Origin: Deltaproteobacteria bacterium
Lineage (GTDB): Bacteria > CG2-30-53-67
DNA length: 37,178 nucleotides
Direction: 5' to 3'
Assembly (NCBI GenBank): GCA_013151235.1
Contig: JAADIO010000062.1
Coordinates: forward strand, 1-37,178
The position numbers were made by a program, and so were the translations under genes. This document shows, piece after piece, positions 1 through 7,747 of this stretch. The notes under the pieces are model-generated. The model saw nothing but the letters and a program-made list of their open reading frames with translations, did no database searches and was not told the DNA's origin. Each line of letters opens with the position of its first letter. Positions within the stretch are counted from its first letter, which is position 1.

Positions 1-1459
1 CACCAAGGTATTTAATAAATAACTCAAGTTGCTTTTTTTCTTTTTTATCTTGAAGTCTTTTCTTCAGATTACATGCAATCCACTCTGCAACAGATAAGGC
101 AATAATGGGACGACCTATAACATTTGTTTGGTATAGCGCAAAAAGTTCTTTGCTAACGGGTTTAGATGTGGCTTCATTGATTTGTTTTATTAACTTTTGA
201 AAATCGGCCTTCTTATTATGCTTGAATTCATCTTTAAGAAGTTGAAGAATTGTTTTTTTATCTTTTTTGCCAGCCCTCTTATTTCTCCCGGTAGCATTTG
301 CTTTTTTCTTTTCTTTGTCTTTGGCTGTTACAATTAATGATTCTGTTAATGCTTGAAATTCAGTCTCTTCCTTCTGCCGTATAGATTCCACTTTCCCCTG
401 GTTTTCGATAGAGAGCAATCTCTTTGCTTTACTAATCAAATCAATAGGAATAGCCTTTGACTTTGGAATTGGATAAAAAGGCATATAATCCTTTTTATAT
501 TCAATACAATCTAAAATGCTCGATTTGTTGTCTTTTCTTAAGACTCCCTTTATTTCATCTGAAAATTCGGTCACTGCCCTCCAAAGAAACTTTAATGCCA
601 TATTCGGAATTTCTATAACCTCACAATCGAAATTTGTTCCACTATTTATCACCATCCAAAGATTTAAAGCAACATGGTCAGGCAATTCCAAAATGTCCAA
701 ATCGTTCTTTAACTGATTTAGCTCATTCAATAAAACAAGTACTATACTTTTCTTCCCCTTCCCTGTCCCAATTGATGCAATTGAAACACCTTTATTCTGC
801 TCGGTCACCATAGAAATCTTGTCAATTGTATCATGATAGATACTCCTTACATGAGGAACAAGTAGGTTTGGGTCTGTATATTGAAAACATACAATCTTTC
901 CTTTCAACATCACAACTGCCAGAGAAGTCATTTGAACACAAAGAAGAGCAAAAGCCGACAGTTGAGGTTCTCGACTTGCGGCAGGTAACGCCCCAGCATC
1001 ATTAGTAATTGAACCAATAAGTGGAAAAGCATTTCTGCCAATATCCAGTCGCTGATTCTTCTTTAATATTCCTTCTTTTCTAAATCTCTCTGTAAGTAAT
1101 GCGAGCGATTTATTTGCTGAAGGGAACACCCCTGTGCATTCACATCGATTTGATGAATCTACCTTTACTGAAAGAGATTGTTCCAAGTCATTTACCAAAG
1201 TCTTCAGAATTTCTTGGTACTTTATCCTTTGTATTGGCCTATCCTTTGCTTTAACTTGACGATTCAAAAAGGCATTTGCAAATAAGCAGATATATGAATT
1301 TAGATGTTCATTCGCATCCATCAACCATTTCCCATCTCCAATTACTTCTCTAAAATCTTGTATTGTCATTTCTTCGGGAGAGTGTTTGTTGGCACGCACT
1401 ACAGCTACAGCCAACCCGGTATCCACCCACGGATTCCCCGTCCAATCAAACAATGGCAT
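1..1459 (-). CDS. cas8b1: Type I-B CRISPR-associated large subunit Cas8b1/Cst1 (3' end outside window)
   Basis: Absent from the ORF track because it runs off the window. Translated by hand from ATG 1459 (RBS GGAGG): MPLFDWTGNPWVDTGLAV...CECTG...GRNAFPLIGSITNDAGALPAASR...; the same frame is still open at the window edge. TGNPWVDxG and RxxFPLxGS are Cst1-type motifs, and the gene lies directly downstream of cas6. Confidence 0.85.
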   Translation of the reverse strand, partial: MPLFDWTGNPWVDTGLAVAVVRANKHSPEEMTIQDFREVIGDGKWLMDANEHLNSYICLFANAFLNRQVKAKDRPIQRIKYQEILKTLVNDLEQSLSVKVDSSNRCECTGVFPSANKSLALLTERFRKEGILKKNQRLDIGRNAFPLIGSITNDAGALPAASREPQLSAFALLCVQMTSLAVVMLKGKIVCFQYTDPNLLVPHVRSIYHDTIDKISMVTEQNKGVSIASIGTGKGKKSIVLVLLNELNQLKNDLDILELPDHVALNLWMVINSGTNFDCEVIEIPNMALKFLWRAVTEFSDEIKGVLRKDNKSSILDCIEYKKDYMPFYPIPKSKAIPIDLISKAKRLLSIENQGKVESIRQKEETEFQALTESLIVTAKDKEKKKANATGRNKRAGKKDKKTILQLLKDEFKHNKKADFQKLIKQINEATSKPVSKELFALYQTNVIGRPIIALSVAEWIACNLKKRLQDKKEKKQLELFIKYLG

Positions 1460-1507
1460 GATGACCTCCGTATTAAATAACTGTTCAAACCGTTTAAACA
1501 AACGATT

Positions 1508-2308
1508 TTATATCGCTATCATCCCCAGCCCGTTACTGTTCTTGCTCCCCAAACCGCATTCGTAGCCGACCCGGATCAGTTCGGGGTCTGTTTCCATTTC
1601 AAAGGGTGCGTTGAAGCATTTCAGCTTGATCGGGTTGCCGTTTTTCGCCTTGAAGGTAATGAGGCTCGTGATTTTGCCATTTTTGCGCTCGATGTAGTTT
1701 TTGTCAAATTCAAAGCGGAAGCGGTCCGGGTGGAGGGTCTTTTTGTGAATGATCTCGTATTTCCGGACCAGGTTGTTCCGGATATTCTCCACGAACTTTT
1801 CATTCTCTTTGAAGTAGTGCAGGGTCCAGGATTTCTTGTTCCCGGTTTCCGGGTCGTCGATGAAGGTGTCCATAAAGATCGGGGAGAGGCATTTGAAACG
1901 CATTATCTTGGTAAATTCCGGTTCCGGAAGGGTCTCGACACCGATGATGTTAAAGCGGATCATCTCCGAGCTTGTCATCAGGTCGAGCCTGTTGTTCTCA
2001 AAGATTCCCCGGACGATGTTTTCCAGGGACCGGTCCACGGGGGTGGAGATATACCAGTTCACCCTGCCGGTCCCGGTCTGCAACCCTTTCTTTGTGACGC
2101 GGTAAGGGCCGTCGATCTTCAATTCGGAGAAGGTAAAGAGCTTGAAATGTTTCCCCTGGTGGATGAATCCTTCATTATGAAGGAAAAGCGAGTAGGCCGC
2201 ATCCGAACTTCGGATCAGGTGGTAGAGCGCGCTCATCAGGTGATAGTTATAATTGAAGGGAAGAAGAAAACGGTCTCTTTGTTCCCGAAGGCTGATTTTC
2301 AATCTCAT
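1508..2308 (-). CDS. cas6: CRISPR-associated endoribonuclease Cas6
   Basis: LPFNYNY, FLHNEG, FKLFTFS and C-terminal G-rich loop GYECGLGSKNSNGLG. Confidence 0.96.
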   Translation of the reverse strand: MRLKISLREQRDRFLLPFNYNYHLMSALYHLIRSSDAAYSLFLHNEGFIHQGKHFKLFTFSELKIDGPYRVTKKGLQTGTGRVNWYISTPVDRSLENIVRGIFENNRLDLMTSSEMIRFNIIGVETLPEPEFTKIMRFKCLSPIFMDTFIDDPETGNKKSWTLHYFKENEKFVENIRNNLVRKYEIIHKKTLHPDRFRFEFDKNYIERKNGKITSLITFKAKNGNPIKLKCFNAPFEMETDPELIRVGYECGLGSKNSNGLGMIAI

Positions 2309-2361
2309 GGCTTTCCCTTATCGTCCGGTTGCTCAAAGCGTTTGAACTGTTTGAACAGATT

Positions 2362-2760
2362 TTATCCCTCCATCCCCACCAGCACCCCGACCTTCTCCCA
2401 GGGTGCCGCATCCCGGTCGATCCAGCCGATCTCGCCTTTCAGTGTATAGCCTTCGTCCATCAGACCGGCGAGGACGGAGTTGTCCGCCCGGGGGATGAAG
2501 CCGAGTTTGTGCTCTTTCCGGTAGACGGCGATGGCCCGGTCATCGTGGTGATTGGCCTTCTCCCGGACGAGCCGGAGGGGCTGCCCCTCCCGGAGCATGG
2601 GCAGGAGCTTTTCTCCATCGTAGTACTGGAATCCTGCGATCAGTGTCGCCAGAAGCAGGGGCGGTTTTTTCCGAGGCGGCGCCGTCCGGCCGGGCTTCGG
2701 CAGGAGAAAGGGAAGGATCGGCAGGGCGAGGATTGCTTTGAGAACTTCTCTTCGTTTCAT
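2362..2760 (-). CDS. HIRAN domain protein with N-terminal twin-arginine-like/hydrophobic leader
   Basis: IAGFQYY...LRLVREKANHHDDRAIAV...KLGFIPRADN is the HIRAN pattern; N-terminus MKRREVLKAILALPILPFLL; RBS AGGAGG. Confidence 0.88.
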   Translation of the reverse strand: MKRREVLKAILALPILPFLLPKPGRTAPPRKKPPLLLATLIAGFQYYDGEKLLPMLREGQPLRLVREKANHHDDRAIAVYRKEHKLGFIPRADNSVLAGLMDEGYTLKGEIGWIDRDAAPWEKVGVLVGMEG

Positions 2761-2796
2761 GGGTTCTCCTCCTGAAAAGGTTACTCTTTTCAGGGG

Positions 2797-2870
2797 ATCC
2801 TACCACCGACAGTGGACAGATCATGTCCACTGTTTGCAAAAATATTCAATCCCTTTGACCGATCCTGTCC
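2797..2870 (-). promoter_or_regulatory. Putative WYL-regulator binding sites and activator-dependent promoter of HIRAN-cas6-cas8
   Basis: Perfect inverted repeat ACAGTGGACA-gatca-TGTCCACTGT (2809-2833); degenerate second copy GACcgatcctGTCC (2857-2870); minus strand reads TGTCCA-N10-TAGGAT with TG extension and no canonical -35. Confidence 0.6.
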
Positions 2871-2874
2871 TCCC

Positions 2875-3876
2875 TCACCCTGTCCCCCTGTTTTTCCGTC
2901 CCTTGCCCGGCAGATAAAGCGCCTGCATTTTCTCAAGATCCTCCCGGATCTCTTCGATGAGCTTCTGCGGCTCCAGTACCTCAGCCTGCGGCCCGAAGCT
3001 TAAGATCCATCGCTTGATCTCCAGGGTTCCACCGACGGTGAGTTCAAGGACGATCGAACCGTCCCGGTTCCTTACAACTTCACGGCTTGGATGCCACTGG
3101 CGCTCTTCAATATACCGGGCGATCTCCGGGACGAACCGGATCCGCACCCGGACCGGCGTCTCGATCATGACTGAGAAGGCATGGCGCGTGTATTCCCCGA
3201 AGTCGAAGTTTTCGGGAATGAGGAAGTTTTCGTCCGTATGATTGATCAGGGAGATCCGGTCGACGTCGAACATCCGGATCTCACGGCGGAGATGACACAG
3301 GCCGATGAGGTAGACGGCGCCGTCGCGGTACCAGAGCCGGTAGGGATCGACCTTGCGGATTTTCGGTCTTGCGTCCTTCAGCCCCCGGTAGGCGATCTCG
3401 ACCCGCTCCTGTTTTGCCGCGGCGGCAAAGAGGCTGCGCAGAAAGTCACGGCGGCGGGAGTAGTCCTTGGCGGTGCTGAGACTGAGGGAGAAGATCCGTT
3501 TCATCCCCTCGAAGGAGGCCATCCTTTCGTCATCGAAGGTGGAGCGGATCTTGTGATGGATCGATTCGAGGGTGGGCCGGAGAAATGGCTCGCCGAAAGA
3601 TTTGAGGAGACGGGTCCCTTCTTTCAGTGCATAGAGTTCGGTGGGGAGGAAGGTGACGGGAGGGACTTCCTTGTACCCGTCGATGAGAGACCAGTATTTC
3701 CGCCGCCCCGCCTGTCGGTCGACAATGGGGAAAATCGTCGAGAGCTTGTCGAGATCCCTCCGGATGGTCCTGGCGTTGACGCCGTATTCCCGGGACAGTT
3801 CGGAAACGGTGGTTCTCCGTTTGCGGCAGAGGAGGTTGATGATTCCCCATTGCCGCTCCAACTGATCCACAGCCAT
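2875..3876 (-). CDS. HTH-WYL-WCX transcriptional regulator (PafB/PafC/DriD-like)
   Basis: N-terminal wHTH (TVSELSREYGVNARTIRRDL), WYL core (RKVDPYRLWYRDGAVYLIG...RMFDVDRI), WCX (WILSFGPQAEVLEP); ATG 3876 follows AAGGAGGT. Confidence 0.93.
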   Translation of the reverse strand: MAVDQLERQWGIINLLCRKRRTTVSELSREYGVNARTIRRDLDKLSTIFPIVDRQAGRRKYWSLIDGYKEVPPVTFLPTELYALKEGTRLLKSFGEPFLRPTLESIHHKIRSTFDDERMASFEGMKRIFSLSLSTAKDYSRRRDFLRSLFAAAAKQERVEIAYRGLKDARPKIRKVDPYRLWYRDGAVYLIGLCHLRREIRMFDVDRISLINHTDENFLIPENFDFGEYTRHAFSVMIETPVRVRIRFVPEIARYIEERQWHPSREVVRNRDGSIVLELTVGGTLEIKRWILSFGPQAEVLEPQKLIEEIREDLEKMQALYLPGKGRKNRGTG

Positions 3877-3910
3877 TTTCACCTCCTTCTTGTCCGGGCC
3901 CGGATTTATT

Positions 3911-3940
3911 AAGATAATAAGAAAGAAGCAGTCATGTCAA
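3911..3940 (-). promoter_or_regulatory. sigma70-like promoter of the WYL gene
   Basis: TTGACA-N18-TATCTT on the minus strand. Confidence 0.45.
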
Positions 3941-3979
3941 GAAAAGTTCAATGCGGAGGTTATTCGTTTACATCCTTAA

Positions 3980-4008
3980 TTGACAGTTCAGGCTTATTAC
4001 GATAAATT
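3980..4008 (+). promoter_or_regulatory. sigma70-like promoter, divergent from the WYL gene
   Basis: TTGACA-N17-TAAATT. Confidence 0.55.
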
Positions 4009-4048
4009 AAGAATATCTTCACTTAAATTCCAGACAGGAGAGACGGTT

Positions 4049-4486
4049 ATGGTTATGGATCTGCATCTGCCGGTGGTCGTCCATTTCAAGGAAGGGGAGA
4101 TCCGGAAGGGATACACCCGGAACTTCGCCTTTTTCCGGGAGCATTTCGACCTGACCGAAGTCGATATTCCGACCAGGGAGGAAAAGGGAACGGTACGGAT
4201 CCCGTTAGAGGATGTGAAGGCCGTCTTCTACGTAAAGGATTTTGAGGGCCAACCCCGCTACAATCCGGACCCGCAGGCTGAACGGTCCGGTTTCGGAGAC
4301 CGCGTAGAGGTCATCTTCCACGACAATGAAACCCTGGTCGGTTACACCCCGAACTACAAGGAAGAAACAAACGGATTCATACTCTATCCCGCAGACGAAA
4401 AGAGCAACAACGAGATCGTTGCCGTTGTCCGCTCGGCCACCCGTGCCGTCAAACCGGAAGAGAAATATTCATTCTTCCGCCCCTGA
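4049..4486 (+). CDS. Conserved hypothetical protein (DUF6982-like)
   Basis: VVVHFKEG..KGYT..F, KAVFYVKDFEG, VEVIFHDNETLVG, GFILYPAD..SNN; start moved to ATG 4049 after AGGAG. Confidence 0.7.
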   Translation: MVMDLHLPVVVHFKEGEIRKGYTRNFAFFREHFDLTEVDIPTREEKGTVRIPLEDVKAVFYVKDFEGQPRYNPDPQAERSGFGDRVEVIFHDNETLVGYTPNYKEETNGFILYPADEKSNNEIVAVVRSATRAVKPEEKYSFFRP

Positions 4487-4518
4487 GAATTTTCGTTCCT
4501 CTTCTTCTCTGAATCGGT

Positions 4519-4583
4519 TCACCCCCCGTAAAGGGTAACGCTGCAATGGATCATTGATGCAGCGTCCCGCCCGATCCGGGACG
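4519..4583. repeat. Pair of REP-like palindromes (TGCAGCG-hairpin variant)
   Basis: Reverse unit 4519-4545 and forward unit TGCAGCGTCCCGCCCGATCCGGGACG 4558-4583, related to 7028-7088 and 11679-11747; lies between convergent genes. Confidence 0.65.
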
Positions 4584-4618
4584 GAACCGTTCCCGCAGAG
4601 AGAGCAGAAGATCCACGA

Positions 4619-5401
4619 TCATCCCCTCCGAAAACAGGTGAGCTGACCGTCATCAAAGAAGATCTCGAAGGACCGGTCCAGAAAATCCTTCAGGCAGTCG
4701 GCAATACTGAAGATCGTCACGGGGTGAACCGTCCCCGCAAGGGCCCGGGCAAAGCGTTCATAGAAGACCCTTCCCGGACCTTCCGGACGGACCGGGCGGT
4801 AGATATAGATAAAATCGAACCGGGCGGGAGGGACGTCGAGAATATTGCCGTGGATCCATTCGACCCTCTCTTCCGGGATTCCCATCCAGTGTTGAAGTCT
4901 CTTCCCCTCGTCGATCATCGAACCGGAGAGTTCGATCTGGGTAGTCAAGGCATGCGGATAAAGCGACTGGAAGAGGAGCCCCTGGAACCCATTGCCCGCG
5001 CCGTAGTCGACAAAACGTATATCCTTTTTTATATGGGGCGCTGCATGGATCAGAGGCAAGAATCCGCCGGCATGGCACCAGTACCCGCCCCAGTGGTCGA
5101 TTTCACATCGCTCCGACGCGGCATACCCCATCGAGTTTCCGTGAAGCTGGACATAGGCCCGGACAAGATCCGCTTCCACCGCCTCGGGATCGCCCCGATC
5201 AAGACTCTTCGCCAGGGACTCCGGGAAGTCCGAAAGCCCAGGGTACCGTGCAAGGACCCCGGCGTCCCCTGTAAGAGGGACGAATATCCGGATCAGCCCG
5301 GCAAGAAGGGCAATCCTTTCCTCTCCCACCCCGGAATGCTCACAGATGGACCGGAACCGGCCGATCCACCGGCCGGCATTATCCTCTTCCCCAACAACCA
5401 T
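4619..5401 (-). CDS. Class I SAM-dependent methyltransferase-like protein
   Basis: Motif I FVDYGAGNG, acidic TQIELS, WIHGNI, FDFIYIYRP; RBS GGAGGT. Confidence 0.72.
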   Translation of the reverse strand: MVVGEEDNAGRWIGRFRSICEHSGVGEERIALLAGLIRIFVPLTGDAGVLARYPGLSDFPESLAKSLDRGDPEAVEADLVRAYVQLHGNSMGYAASERCEIDHWGGYWCHAGGFLPLIHAAPHIKKDIRFVDYGAGNGFQGLLFQSLYPHALTTQIELSGSMIDEGKRLQHWMGIPEERVEWIHGNILDVPPARFDFIYIYRPVRPEGPGRVFYERFARALAGTVHPVTIFSIADCLKDFLDRSFEIFFDDGQLTCFRRG

Positions 5402-5510
5402 TTGACTTGACCTCCGGATACAGGCAAAGTATATTGTTCCCGTGCACCCGTTACTATAATAATAGATCCATCCCCTTTTACCAAGCGAGAATATACAGGG
5501 AGGGCCTCAC

Positions 5511-6251
5511 ATGGCCGAGCTTACCTTTCAGACGGAGGCGGAGAAACGTTTCACCCCTTTTCTGGACGAACTTCTCGGCACCTCCCGGGAGAAGATCCAC
5601 TCCGTCCAGGTCACGGGGAGCGCCCTGACCGAAGACTACGATCCCAAACGCTCGGATATCAATTCCGTCGTCGTACTGAAAGAGATGGACCTGAAGTTTC
5701 TCAGGGTACTGGCCCCGCTCGGGAAGAAATACGGCAAAAAGGGGGTGGCGGCCCCCCTCATCATGACGCAGGACTATATCCGGGCCTCACTCGACGTCTT
5801 TCCCGTGGAATTTCTGAACATCCACTGGGTTCACAGGACACTCTTCGGCGATAACCCCTTCGCCGAGATCGAGGTCAAGCCTTCCGATCTCAGGCAGCAG
5901 TGCGAACGGGAACTGAAGGTCCGGCTCATCGGGATGCGGCAGAACTACCTCTCCGCCTCCGGCGACCTGAAGATCCTCGCGGAAGGTTTCGTCAAGGCAT
6001 TCTCAGGCTACATTCCTCTCTTCCGGGGGATCCTGTTCCTTCTCGGGCAGGGGATCCCTCCCGCCGGGATGGCCGCCGTGCTGGCAGGGATGGAAGACAA
6101 AACAGGGCAGTCCATGGAGACCTTCCGGGAGATCCTCGCCGCACGGCAGGGGAAGAAGAAATTCTCCATGGACGAACTCCATCTCCTCTTCGAGAACTGT
6201 TACACCACCGTCGAAACGCTGGGAAGGATGATCGATGAGATCCCGGTCTGA
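5511..6251 (+). CDS. Nucleotidyltransferase-fold (Pol beta superfamily) protein
   Basis: SVQVTGSA...SDINSVVVL, DVFPVEFL, LRQQCEREL; found next to TPM/LemA genes. Confidence 0.75.
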   Translation: MAELTFQTEAEKRFTPFLDELLGTSREKIHSVQVTGSALTEDYDPKRSDINSVVVLKEMDLKFLRVLAPLGKKYGKKGVAAPLIMTQDYIRASLDVFPVEFLNIHWVHRTLFGDNPFAEIEVKPSDLRQQCERELKVRLIGMRQNYLSASGDLKILAEGFVKAFSGYIPLFRGILFLLGQGIPPAGMAAVLAGMEDKTGQSMETFREILAARQGKKKFSMDELHLLFENCYTTVETLGRMIDEIPV

Positions 6252-6999
6252 GGGAATATCCCGCTTTTTCGTGATCCTGCTCCTCCTCTTCCTGCTGCCG
6301 CCCCGGACAGCCGCGGCCGTCTCCATCCCGGCGCAGCCGCCGGATTACGTGGTCGATCTGGCCCATGTCATCAACGACCGGCAGGAGAAAGAGCTTGACC
6401 GTTACCTTAGAGAACTGGAAGAAAAGACCACGGCACAGTTCATCGTACTGACCGTATCCGACCTGGGCGGTGACAGCATCGAGGACTTCTCCATCACGCT
6501 GGCCCACGATCGCTGGAAACTCGGGCAGAAAGGGAAGGACAACGGCCTGCTCCTCGTTGTGGCCGTCCGGAACCGGAAGTACCGGATCGAGGTCGGTTAC
6601 GGGCTTGAGGGACTCCTGCCCGACAGCCGGGTCGGAACGATCGGACGGCGCTACCTCGTACCGGCCTTCCGCCGGGGGGATTATTCCGGTGGAATCACGA
6701 ATGCGGCCCTGGCCCTGGCCGGGATCATAGCTTCAAACGCAGGGGTCACAATCACCGGCATGCCGGAACCGCCCCGGCCCCGGCCGGTCCGCAGGCGGCC
6801 GACCGTCTTCGGCTCGATCGGTTCCATCATTTTCTTCATCTTCATGGCGATCCTCTTCATCCGGAATCCCCGCCTCTTCTTCCTCCTCTTCCTCATGTCG
6901 GGAATGGGGGGAGGGCGGCGCGGCCCCTGGGACGGCGGCGGATTCGGAGGAGGCGGGGGCGGCGGATTCGGAGGAGGCGGCGCGTCGGGAAGCTGGTGA
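6235..6999 (+). CDS. TPM domain membrane protein (YgcG-like)
   Basis: Signal peptide, VVDLAHVI, WKLGQKGKDNGLLL, RIEVGYGLEG, TM helix, Gly-rich tail ending GGGGASGSW. Confidence 0.93.
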   Translation: MRSRSEGISRFFVILLLLFLLPPRTAAAVSIPAQPPDYVVDLAHVINDRQEKELDRYLRELEEKTTAQFIVLTVSDLGGDSIEDFSITLAHDRWKLGQKGKDNGLLLVVAVRNRKYRIEVGYGLEGLLPDSRVGTIGRRYLVPAFRRGDYSGGITNAALALAGIIASNAGVTITGMPEPPRPRPVRRRPTVFGSIGSIIFFIFMAILFIRNPRLFFLLFLMSGMGGGRRGPWDGGGFGGGGGGGFGGGGASGSW

Positions 7000-7027
7000 A
7001 AAAAGGGCGTATCGTCTCGGTTAGATT

Positions 7028-7088
7028 CGTCACTCATAAAGGTTGACGCTACAGGAACACAATGTAGCGCCGGGGTTTATCCCCGGCG
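7028..7088. repeat. Pair of GTAG-type REP palindromes
   Basis: Reverse unit 7028-7053 (rc TGTAGCGTCAACCTTTATGAGTGACG) and forward unit TGTAGCGCCGGGGTTTATCCCCGGCG 7063-7088. Confidence 0.75.
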
Positions 7089-7149
7089 GAGGTGTCCCGG
7101 TTGCCCCGGGACGGAAGATTTCAAAAAACCTATCAATTGGAGAATTGCG

Positions 7150-7725
7150 ATGTCGAGAACCGTGAAAACCATCCTGATCATCTTGGCCGTCCTGCTCCTC
7201 TTCGCCTTCACGGCCTTCAGCTGGGTCAAGCAGGGATACAACCGCGCCGTGGCCCTGGACGAAAACGTCAAGGGACACTGGGCCCAGGTGGAAAACCAGC
7301 TCAAGCGCCGGTACGACCTGATCCCCAACCTTGTGCAGACGGTCAAGGGGTACGCCAAGCACGAGAAGGAGCTTTTCGAACATCTCGCCGACGCCCGGAC
7401 AAAATATTTCCAGGCCAAGGACGTAAAAGGCAAGATCGCAGCATCCAACCAGCTTGAGGGGGTTCTCTCCCGCCTGCTGCTGTTGAAGGAGCAGTACCCG
7501 GAACTCAAGGCGAACCAGTCCTTCCTGAAACTCCAGGACAGCCTCGAGGGGACGGAAAACCGGATCGCCGTAGAGCGAAAACGGTACAACGACGCCGTGC
7601 AGCAGCTCAACACATTCACCCGCACCTTCTTCGGCCGCTTCTTCACAGCCATGGCGGGGGTCGGAAAAGCGGAATACTACAAAATCCCGGAAGGAGAAAA
7701 AGCCGTGCCGAAGGTAAAATTCTGA
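7150..7725 (+). CDS. lemA: LemA family protein
   Basis: N-terminal TM helix, WAQVENQLKRRYDLIPNLV, YPELKANQSF, GTENRIAVERKRYN. Confidence 0.95.
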   Translation: MSRTVKTILIILAVLLLFAFTAFSWVKQGYNRAVALDENVKGHWAQVENQLKRRYDLIPNLVQTVKGYAKHEKELFEHLADARTKYFQAKDVKGKIAASNQLEGVLSRLLLLKEQYPELKANQSFLKLQDSLEGTENRIAVERKRYNDAVQQLNTFTRTFFGRFFTAMAGVGKAEYYKIPEGEKAVPKVKF

Positions 7726-7747
7726 ACATGACACGGGAGGAAGATTC

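Noticed and set aside
516-716. 66-aa plus-strand ORF in the track
   Set aside because: It is antisense to the cas8b1 frame and has no recognisable motifs.
1460-1507. CreTA/CreR-type mini-CRISPR RNA between cas6 and cas8
   Set aside because: The gap is only 48 bp and has no repeat-spacer-repeat structure.
6900-6999. GGCGGCGGATTCGGAGGAGGCG direct repeat
   Set aside because: It encodes the normal Gly-rich tail of TPM proteins.
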